Source of the DNA: an uncultured bacterium | GTDB taxonomy: Bacteria > Joyebacterota > Joyebacteria > Joyebacterales > Joyebacteraceae | DNA length: 64,000 nt | Assembly: GCA_964521425.1 (NCBI GenBank) | Contig: CAZFRO010000006.1 | Location: 46,620 to 110,619 of the forward strand | Direction of reading: 5' to 3' | In this document: in pieces, positions 1-8,400 of the stretch | Layout of the letters: each line of letters opens with the position of its first letter | Position numbering within the stretch: position 1 is the stretch's first letter | The notes under the pieces: generated by a model | Told to the model about the DNA's origin: nothing | What the model saw: only the letters and a program-made list of their open reading frames with translations | Database searches by the model: none | Translations under genes and position numbers: made by a program

Positions 1-29
1 CGCGTGATCGTACAAAGGGATACGACGGC

Positions 30-1247
30 ATGTCCGAGACGGCGGCGCGCCGGGGAATCACGGCCACCGGAACGATCGGGCGGGCGTCGCTGGGATTCAT
101 CACGGCGCGGACGCATCTCGATGCAACGATTGACGAGAGCGGCAGCGTAACGTCCGTTCGAGCCTCCGGGTATCACAGAACGGAGAGTGAGAGAGAGGGG
201 AAGGACGTGCTCACGGAGACGATCGCCGGTGGCCGCGTGACGGCGTCGGTTCTCGGTGACACGGGAGGTCGCGACTCACCGGGGCAACATCCGGATCAAC
301 CATCGCTGACCCTGGGCGCAAGCCTGCTCCGATTCGCCTTCGATCCTCCGCTGGCCCAGGGGGATCCCCTGAGGCAGCGCTACCGCCTCAGTGGGTCCGA
401 GGTGACACTGGCTTCACTCGATGCCGTTCTCATATCCGGGGATTGGAGAACGGGGGTTGAGTTCGCTCGCTCGACCGCGGGAGGCAGTGCGCTTCTGGCA
501 GGCGTGAGAGTGCGCTTGGGCGCGGTGCGATCATCGCTGGGATGCGGCTATCAGTCGGAGAGCTTCCGGAGTCCCCTCGGCTCATCCCTCCCCGGGACAT
601 CCGGGGGCACGAATGCCCTCGCCGCGTGGCTCAATCTGTCCTATACAGCCCGGGGCGCATGGAGGATCTGGGGGGTCGCCCGCATGACGGGCCATCCGTG
701 GAGGACCTACCACAACACTCTTCCCGAGCCCTCCGGTCTGATCGAGCTCGGGACGGAGCTGAACCTGCAAGGCGTCGGGAGAATCACGTTCGGCGGGAGG
801 CTCCGCGCGCGGTCTGTCGAGGATGGGGAGCCTGAGACAACAGGGCGGGAGGAGGTCCAGACGCAGTGGGTCGTCCTTCGGTCGTCCGGCGCCGGGGACC
901 TGCGGCTGGCAATCCGTCGTTCGGTTGCGGACCTGGACGGTGTCCGGCTGGGGAAGGCTGTGGCCTTGAGCACGCGATCCACGATGCAACTGACCGGACG
1001 CGTCGCTCTGGATTTCGGGACCGTGACTATCACAAGCGAGGGGCAGAGATGCGGGATCACACACTACGAGCCGGGACTCACCGGGGAGATGGGGCTTCGG
1101 ACCTTGAACGACCCCGGAACGAGGTGGTATATTCGGGCTCGGACAACCACTTTCAGTAGCATCTCCGCTACGGCCCGCCTGGCCGGCGGACTTGAGCCGG
1201 GGCGTCTGGAGTTCGGCATTGGACTCGATGCCCGGGGCTGGCAGTAG
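30..1247 (+). CDS. hypothetical protein (Gly/Arg/Leu/Thr-rich, no recognisable motif)
   Basis: 405-aa ORF in the six-frame track. No catalytic or structural motif recognised. The composition fits high-GC coding sequence, but it could be spurious. Confidence 0.3.
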   Translation: MSETAARRGITATGTIGRASLGFITARTHLDATIDESGSVTSVRASGYHRTESEREGKDVLTETIAGGRVTASVLGDTGGRDSPGQHPDQPSLTLGASLLRFAFDPPLAQGDPLRQRYRLSGSEVTLASLDAVLISGDWRTGVEFARSTAGGSALLAGVRVRLGAVRSSLGCGYQSESFRSPLGSSLPGTSGGTNALAAWLNLSYTARGAWRIWGVARMTGHPWRTYHNTLPEPSGLIELGTELNLQGVGRITFGGRLRARSVEDGEPETTGREEVQTQWVVLRSSGAGDLRLAIRRSVADLDGVRLGKAVALSTRSTMQLTGRVALDFGTVTITSEGQRCGITHYEPGLTGEMGLRTLNDPGTRWYIRARTTTFSSISATARLAGGLEPGRLEFGIGLDARGWQ

Positions 1248-1309
1248 GCCTGTTCACAGACGGCGCGCGTGGTGCGCGCTTCTCTATCTCCGACACCGAG
1301 GAGTCCCCT

Positions 1310-2635
1310 ATGACCAACGAAGGCACAGCGCAGGCGTCGTTCGACGAGACCGGTCGAAGCTACGCTCCGCATGAGGCGGTGATCGAAGCATCGCGTTGCC
1401 TCATGTGTGAGGATCCGCCCTGCAATACGGGCTGTCCGGCCAGCGTCGATGTCAGACGCTTCATCCGGAAGATACGCTTCGGGAATCACCGAGGCGCTTC
1501 GCGTCTCATCCGTGAGGCGAACATCATGGTCGGGATCTGTGGCCGCGTCTGTCCACAGGAGATGCTCTGTATGGAGCATTGCACCCGGACCAATCTCGAT
1601 ACACCGATAGATATCGCCGGACTCCAGCGATTCGCAGGCGACGTCGAGTTGGCGTCCTTAGCACCTCTGCCCGACTCCGCAGAGGATCGCAAGGAGCGCG
1701 TCGCCATTATCGGCGCGGGCCCCGCCGGTCTGGGAGCGGCGGTTGAGCTCAGGAAGAGCGGCGTAGGGGTCACGGTCTTCGAGAAGTCCGGTGCTGTGGG
1801 CGGTGTACTGACGAGTGGGATTCCACCGTTTCGCCTGGACCAGATCTTCGCTGCTGAGGAGCTCGACTATGTTCGCCGTCTGGGCGCCGATGTGCAGCTC
1901 AAGCAGGCTGCAGCTGAGCCCGCCGAGCTTCTTGGGCAAGGGTTTGGCGCCGTCTTCATCGGAATAGGGCTCGGGCGTCCGTACACAATCGGCCTCGACG
2001 GCGAGGATCTGCCACGCGTTCACATCGCCTCAGATCTTCTGACCGCTATCTCCATGGGGGAACGTCCCGTCCTCGGATCGCGCGTGGTCGTGATCGGCGG
2101 CGGCAACGTGGCCATGGACGCAGCGATGGCTGCGCTGAGGCTCGGCGCGGACCGCGTGGACGTCTGCTGCCTGGAGTCGTACGAGGAGATGCCGGCCTTC
2201 CGGTCAGAGATCGAGGAGGTCCAGTCGGAAGGCATCGTCTTCCATACACGCACGAGGCCCGTCCGGATCGTCGCGGAAGGGAACAAGGTCGTAGGATACG
2301 AGGGCAAGGGGATCCGCTGGAAGGAACCGGGTCTTCTGATTCCCTCAAACGCAGTTGATGTGCCTGGAACAGAGTTCGGTCTTGCCGCAGACAGCATCAT
2401 CGAGGCGATCGGGACGGGAGTCCTGGACCGCTTTGAGGGAGTGGAGACCGACAAGCGCGGTGTCGTTCGCACTGATCCCGAGACGATGGCGACGTCGCTT
2501 TCGGGCGTCTTCGCAGGCGGCGACGTCGTGAGCGGTGGCGCCACGGCGGTCAGAGCCTACGCCGAAGGCAAGAGGGCTGCGGAGGGCATCATCGCCTTCC
2601 TTGACTCCCGTGGTACCGAAGGAGGTGGGCGCTGA
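1310..2635 (+). CDS. preT: NAD(P)H-dependent dihydropyrimidine dehydrogenase PreT-like subunit (glutamate synthase small-subunit family)
   Basis: N-terminal Cys clusters CLMCEDPPCNTGCP and CGRVCPQEMLCMEHC (Fe-S). Rossmann motifs VAIIGAGPAGLGAA and VVVIGGGNVAMD. SD GAGGAG sits before ATG 1310. The stop overlaps the next start (TGATG). Confidence 0.8.
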   Translation: MTNEGTAQASFDETGRSYAPHEAVIEASRCLMCEDPPCNTGCPASVDVRRFIRKIRFGNHRGASRLIREANIMVGICGRVCPQEMLCMEHCTRTNLDTPIDIAGLQRFAGDVELASLAPLPDSAEDRKERVAIIGAGPAGLGAAVELRKSGVGVTVFEKSGAVGGVLTSGIPPFRLDQIFAAEELDYVRRLGADVQLKQAAAEPAELLGQGFGAVFIGIGLGRPYTIGLDGEDLPRVHIASDLLTAISMGERPVLGSRVVVIGGGNVAMDAAMAALRLGADRVDVCCLESYEEMPAFRSEIEEVQSEGIVFHTRTRPVRIVAEGNKVVGYEGKGIRWKEPGLLIPSNAVDVPGTEFGLAADSIIEAIGTGVLDRFEGVETDKRGVVRTDPETMATSLSGVFAGGDVVSGGATAVRAYAEGKRAAEGIIAFLDSRGTEGGGR

Positions 2636-3873
2636 TGAAGAAAATCGATCTTTCCGTCGAATTCTGTGGCATCCGCTTCCCGAACCCGTTCGTTCTGGCC
2701 GCTGCGCCCCCGACCGATGACGCTGAGATGATAGCGCGTGGTTTCGATGCCGGCTGGGGCGGCGCCGTCGTCAAGACTCTGGGGCTTGAGCACGTCGAGG
2801 TGAATCTGGTCTCTCCGATGATGGCCGGTCTGAGCTACGAGGACAAGGGGCTCATTGGACTTGAGAATATCGACCTCATCTCCGACCGGGACATCAACGA
2901 GGTTCTGGCCGAGGTCTCTGAACTCAAGAAGAGCTACCCGGAGCAGGTTCTCATCGTCAGCATGATGGCCGGCAGCGAAAAGGAGTGGAAGGAGATCACA
3001 CGCCGTGTCCAGGCCGCGGGAGCCGACATGATCGAATGTAGCTTCTCGTGTCCTCACGGCATGCCTGAGAAGGGAATGGGGTCGGCGGTCGGCCAGGATG
3101 CGGCGCTCACGTACGAGCGTGCGAAGTGGGTCGTCGAGGCCGCGGAGGTCCCGGTGCTCATCAAGCTGACTCCGAACGTGACGGACATGCGTCCGATCGC
3201 TCAGAAGGTGAAGGAAGCAGGGGCTGCCGGGGTTACGGCAATCAACACGGTGAAGGCCCTGCTCGGTTTCGACCTCGACACGTTCTCTCCTGTCCCGTCG
3301 GTGAACGGCAAGTCGACGGAGGGTGGATTCTCAGGCCCGGCCATCAAGCCGATCGCCCTCAGATTCGTGGCGGATGTCGCGAGGGACGTCGGTATTCCCG
3401 TGGCCGGAGTCGGTGGTGTCGTGACGTGGAAGGACTCCGTGGAGTTCCTGCTCGCCGGCGCCGGGATCGTGGAGGTCTGCACGGCGGTCATGAGATACGG
3501 GTACGACATCGTCGAAGAGCTGAACGAGGGGCTGGCTCTCTATCTCGAGGACAAGGGGATGAACTCGCCGATGGATCTCATCGGTCTCGGTCTCTCGAAC
3601 ATCGTAAGCCACGAAGCGCTCTCTCGCGAGTACAAGGTCATTGCGAGCATAGACGAGGACCTCTGTGTCGGCTGCGGCCAGTGCGTGATTGCCTGTCGCG
3701 ACGGAGGCCACCAGGCGATCGAGTTCCGCGGTCGACAGGAGGACGGTAGCCTAAGCGACGCCGACGATGCCAGGATTCCAAAGGTCGATGATGAGAAGTG
3801 CATCGGCTGCGGGTTCTGCCGCACCGTCTGTTCGGTCGATGGGTGCATCAGCATGACGCCACGGGAGGACTAG
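2635..3873 (+). CDS. preA: dihydropyrimidine dehydrogenase PreA-like subunit (DHODH-like barrel with two C-terminal 4Fe-4S ferredoxin motifs)
   Basis: 412 aa, the same length class as E. coli PreA. Two C-terminal CxxCxxCxxxC-type motifs: CVGCGQCVIACRDG and CIGCGFCRTVCSVDGC. Translationally coupled to preT. Confidence 0.8.
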   Translation: MKKIDLSVEFCGIRFPNPFVLAAAPPTDDAEMIARGFDAGWGGAVVKTLGLEHVEVNLVSPMMAGLSYEDKGLIGLENIDLISDRDINEVLAEVSELKKSYPEQVLIVSMMAGSEKEWKEITRRVQAAGADMIECSFSCPHGMPEKGMGSAVGQDAALTYERAKWVVEAAEVPVLIKLTPNVTDMRPIAQKVKEAGAAGVTAINTVKALLGFDLDTFSPVPSVNGKSTEGGFSGPAIKPIALRFVADVARDVGIPVAGVGGVVTWKDSVEFLLAGAGIVEVCTAVMRYGYDIVEELNEGLALYLEDKGMNSPMDLIGLGLSNIVSHEALSREYKVIASIDEDLCVGCGQCVIACRDGGHQAIEFRGRQEDGSLSDADDARIPKVDDEKCIGCGFCRTVCSVDGCISMTPRED

Positions 3874-3910
3874 CGAGACGCTGCGGAGGGGATTCTGGAG
3901 GCACAATAGC

Positions 3911-4610
3911 ATGAGGCACGTGCTTGTCATCCTGCTGATGCTGGCGGTCCCGATGGATGAGTGCTTCGCCGGCAATACGGGGTTCGTCCAGACCGACGGA
4001 ACGATGTTAGAGTTGAGCGGACAGCGCTACCTCGACGCCGGCGTCAACTACTGGTACGGCACGAACCTGGCCTCAGCAGGTGTTGGGGGAGACCGCGAGC
4101 GCCCGTGTCGCGAGCTCCACGCACTGCGGTCGCTCGGCGTCACGAATCTACGCATCATGGTCGGGAGTGAAGGACCGGATTCCGAGCCCTGGCGCATCGT
4201 GCCGTCGCTCCAAACGGCCCCGGGGATGTAAAACCCGGAGGTTCTCGTCGGCCTCGACTGCCTGATCAGTGAGATGGAAGAACGTGCGATGAGAGCCGTG
4301 GCCTGTTTCACGAACTTCTGGCACTGGTCCGGCGGGATGGCGCAGTACGTGATCTGGAACGGTGGCGGTCAGATCCCCTTTCTCATTGGGCTACTCAACC
4401 CGTATGTGGGGATTCTCTATTAGAAACGACCCCACGATCATGGCGTGGGAGTTGGCAAACGAGCCCCGTGGATTTCACAACAACGCGGCAGCGTTCAACA
4501 CATGGCTGGACGATACCGTGGCCCACATCAAGTCGCTCGACCCCAACCATCTCGTGACAACCGGCTGTGAAGGAGACACTCCGTACTGGCAGCTCACGCG
4601 GACCAGATGA
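3911..4610 (+). pseudogene. decayed GH5 endo-beta-1,4-mannanase gene (in-frame TAA at 4229-4231, frameshift near 4400-4425, 3' truncated)
   Basis: Fragment 1 (FVQTDGTMLELSGQRYLDAGVNYWY) matches a mannanase N-terminus after a signal peptide. After the TAA the same frame continues FTNFWHWSGGMAQYVIWNGG. The +1 frame then gives DPTIMAWELANEPR, the GH5 catalytic-acid NEP motif, and HLVTTGCEGD, the nucleophile region. Total coding is about 230 aa against roughly 370+ expected. Confidence 0.6.
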
Positions 4611-4959
4611 GCTCCATCGCACTTGGAACATCGGTCGGCGGCGTGCGTGGCAGAGTGCTCTGGAGCTGTGATGCTGCGGCGAGGCACATGACCGTTTCGT
4701 GGCCGGGAAGTGGCGCACGCGTCCCGTCAGGCATCTACTTCGTGGTCGTTGGTGATGAGGTTCCACCACTTGCGGCCAAGATGGTCTACATCCGTTCCGG
4801 ACGCTGAATGCGCCTGTCTGAAGTCTGTCAGACAGCTCGTTACCCTCTCAGCAAGTAATCCCCCGAATCACCAGAGGACTCTGAAACACCCGCTGGAGCA
4901 AGCTCGGTCATCGGCCCCAGGATCGAAAGGCCCACAGAGCGGGCCTTTTTCTCAGAGCT

Positions 4960-5493
4960 AATAGATAGTTATCACAACGTAGCAAGAGCCCTTGCTGGAA
5001 TGACTATCACCCCAGACAGCGGTATATACTGATAATACCATATATAAGTGTGAGTTTTGACTACCATTGTCAAGATTGATCATTGACATGATGGCGAGGA
5101 TGAAGTATGCTCATAGAAACACACCTCACATGACTGCTTCTGATTCGGGCGGGACCGAATACCTTCGTGAGGTGCTGCGACAGGCACATGGACAAGCACA
5201 TATAGGGACGCAAAAAGCGGGCGACTGGGGGATTGGCGTGCAACCAGTCCAGCCGCCCGGGCAAGAGCGGGGTACTTGAACCTGGAGGGTTCGAGCATTC
5301 CCGTCCTTGTGTTTGACCAACATACCCGCGGTCGGGTATCTCGTCAAGGTCTTTCACGTGCCGACTACTGTTGCGCACACGAAGGTGCCGTGAGGCATCG
5401 ACAGTCCTGAGGCCAAGAGGAGGGCGATGGCTGGAAGTGAAGAGGCACGGATGGAAGTCGTTCGGTTTTCTCTCAAAGCAAGGAAGTGACGCA
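4960..5493 (+). promoter_or_regulatory. AT-rich intergenic island upstream of the giant surface-protein gene; contains inverted repeat TTGTCAA-N9-TTGACA (5067-5088) and TATATA tracts
   Basis: GC visibly collapses here (about 40% by eye) relative to flanking sequence above 60%. The -35-like TTGACA hexamers are arranged as a palindrome. Confidence 0.35.
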
Positions 5494-8400
5494 ATGGATA
5501 GGAAATCATTTGTTATGTTCGCCCTTTGTGTACTCATCCTGGGGGCGTGGGCGACAGGACTGTGGGCTGCCGACATCTATGTGCCGGCTGACTACACGAC
5601 GATCCAAGCGGCGATTGATGCCGCCAATCCAGGGGACACCATCTTCGTCGCACCGGGGACCTACAACGAACGGCCGGTAGCGAACAAGAGCGTAACCATC
5701 ACAGGCACAGGCGCCGACGAGACGTACGTGATAATCGACGCCGGCGCCGCGACAAGCGGGTCGTATGGCTTCAGTGTGACGGCCGACAATGTGACCATCA
5801 GCAACCTGACATTGGTTGGCGATACCGGTCTATCCACACCACGCTATGGGTTTAAGCCTTCCAACGTATCTAATCTTACCATGACAAATGTCACCGCAAA
5901 GGAGTTTTACCGTACCGGTGTGGATCTTCTTGGTGTGACCAACGGCGTACTTACCGATGTCACCAGCCAGGATAATAACGGTCACGGGGTCCAGCTCTGC
6001 GACTGCAACGATGTGACCCTGACCAACACTACCCTCAGTGGTAATGCCTGGCAGAATGTCAGTATCGCAACCTGGGGTAATTATTCACCACTGGGTACAA
6101 GCGGTATTGTTTTCAACGGCACCAACACTTTCGGTGAGCTCTTTCAGCTCGAAATGGGTGACTACAACAATCCCGGCGTCCCACCGGCGGGAGACGCCAT
6201 CATCACCTACAGCACGAATCTGGGTGATGGCGCCGATGTCACCGTGCAGGCGGCCGACTTCGGCTTCGCCTTGCACGGAGAGCAGGATGACAGTCCCGAC
6301 CAGGTACGTATCTGGTTCTTCTCGACGCTTACCAATGCTGCGATTGTTCCGGGCCTGGGTGGCGGGGGCCACTGGACCGGCAACGACATGTACATCGAGA
6401 GCCTCACGGACGGCACTCAATTGTACGTAACGCCCGGGTGCAGTATACAGGCAGCCGTCGACGCCGCCAGCGAGGACGACAACATCAGTGTCGCCATCGG
6501 TATCTATCCCGAGTACGTCCACATCACAAAGGACGGCATTACTCTCACGGGCGCCGGCATTGATCAAACGATTATAGATCTGGATGGCCTGGCACCCTAT
6601 GTTCACTATGGTTCAGCCGCCGGTTACTGCGTTGCAGGTCTATTGGTCACCGGCCATGGCTATACGGGCGGAGCCAACGTCGACAGAGTCACTGGCGTTA
6701 CCATTGAACAGCTGACTGTACGAAATGCTGGCCGGAACGCCCCCTGGGTGGATGGCGATGACGGCTGGCGTGATGGCAATGGGGACGGCCTGGGTGATGT
6801 GAGCGGCATCGAGTTCGATGCTGCCTACAGCAACACCGTCCGGTACTGCAAGGTTGATAACAGCACAAACCAGGGCATCTACTTCAATAGACCGATCGTC
6901 TCTCCCAGATGGCACTGTATGGACGTGATTGTGGAGAACTGCACGAGCACCAACAATTACGGCACGGGAATTGCCGCTAACTTTGCATATGGCGATTTTT
7001 CAATTACGCACAATACCGTCTCTGGAAACTACAAGAACGGAATCTACGCCGGAGGCTCAAAGAAAGACACGGGTGATAACGTCTACTACAAGTTCGCCAC
7101 GGGTGACATCTCATACAACGAGGTTCATGACAATTCCACAAACGAGGCGAGTCAAGGCGGTATTCATCTAAAGAAGTACGCACGCTACTTCACCATCGAG
7201 CACAACAACGTCACAGGCCACAATCTCTGGGATGAGGCCTTTGCCATCATGCTTGAAGGTCATAGCACTCACGACAATACCGTAACCCTCAACACGCTAT
7301 CGGAAAATGTCCGAGGGATCGTCGTGTTCGGTGCGGGGGGAGTTGAAGGTGGATCGCACGCACCGGAAGGCGGCTGCCATACCAACTTCATCACGAACAA
7401 CATGATTTCGACCGGTGCGGGGACCCTTGATCCAGGGCAGGCCGCAATCAAAGTGGATGGTGGCTACAATCTCACAATCAGCGACAATGCAATCCACTGC
7501 GAGGGCGTGGGAATACGGATCATGCAGTCAGAGTGGAGCGCAAGCACTGCCTATGACAACACGGTGTCGGGGAATACCATCACCGATGCCATGTTTGCGG
7601 GTATCCGCCTTGACGGCGGCGCCCTGGACAACACATTCACCAACAACATCATTACCGGCACCACGGTTCTGACTTTGGATCCGGGAGGACCGGATGAGAT
7701 CACGCAAGGCGATGGTGTCTTCATCGAGGACGATGCCGGTACTGGCAACGTGTTCAGCGGCAACAGCATCTATGATAATGCTGAGTCGGGCATGGACAAC
7801 GCGCTAGGCACGACAGTCAACGCCTCCGGCAACTGGTGGGGAGACCTGGATCCGTCTGATAACGTTTCTGCCGATGTCGATTACACCCCCTGGCTGGCAC
7901 TCGGAACCGACACCAGTGGTGATCCCGGCTTCCAGGGTGACTTCTCCGAACTCTGGGTTGACGACGACAGCCCGCAGGCTGGCGCTGCCGGCATTATCCA
8001 GGAGGGCATCGACCTGGTCAGCGGCAGCATTGTCAATGTGCTGCCAGGGACGTATCCTGGGAGCATCGTCTTTAGCACTGGGTTCGACACTGACGGGATC
8101 CTCATCGATGGTGACGATGCCTCCTCTCCCGTTATCACAGGGGGCGTCCGCTTCCTGCAGAGCGCGGACATCGATGGGATAGGATTCAAGGATCTTGTCC
8201 TCAAGGGGATCGCGCCCGGTGGCAACTCGATCATCGACTTTGATAACTCGGGAGCGGTGAACAACTTCTCGCTCGTGGACTGCGTGCTCGATGGCGAGGG
8301 CGTGGCCGACCGATACGGACTGACGGGCAACAAGCTCGGGCAGTCACTCACAGTCACCGGTTGCGAGATCAAGGACATCCTCGGCTGGGCAGTGATGGAC

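Noticed and set aside
3126-3749. 207-aa + strand ORF in an alternative frame within preA
   Set aside because: Arg/Gly-rich alternative-frame translation. The preA frame carries ferredoxin and DHODH-like motifs.
4229-4231. In-frame TAA in the mannanase as programmed recoding or selenocysteine
   Set aside because: TAA is not a Sec codon. No SECIS-like structure is evident. A nearby frameshift and truncation make simple gene decay, or an assembly error, the parsimonious reading.
5371-5493. ORF-track start (ATG 5371) for the giant gene
   Set aside because: The ATG at 5494 has an AGGAAG SD and is followed immediately by a canonical signal peptide. The upstream extension (MRTRRCREAST...) is Arg-rich, lies in the promoter island and is probably not translated.
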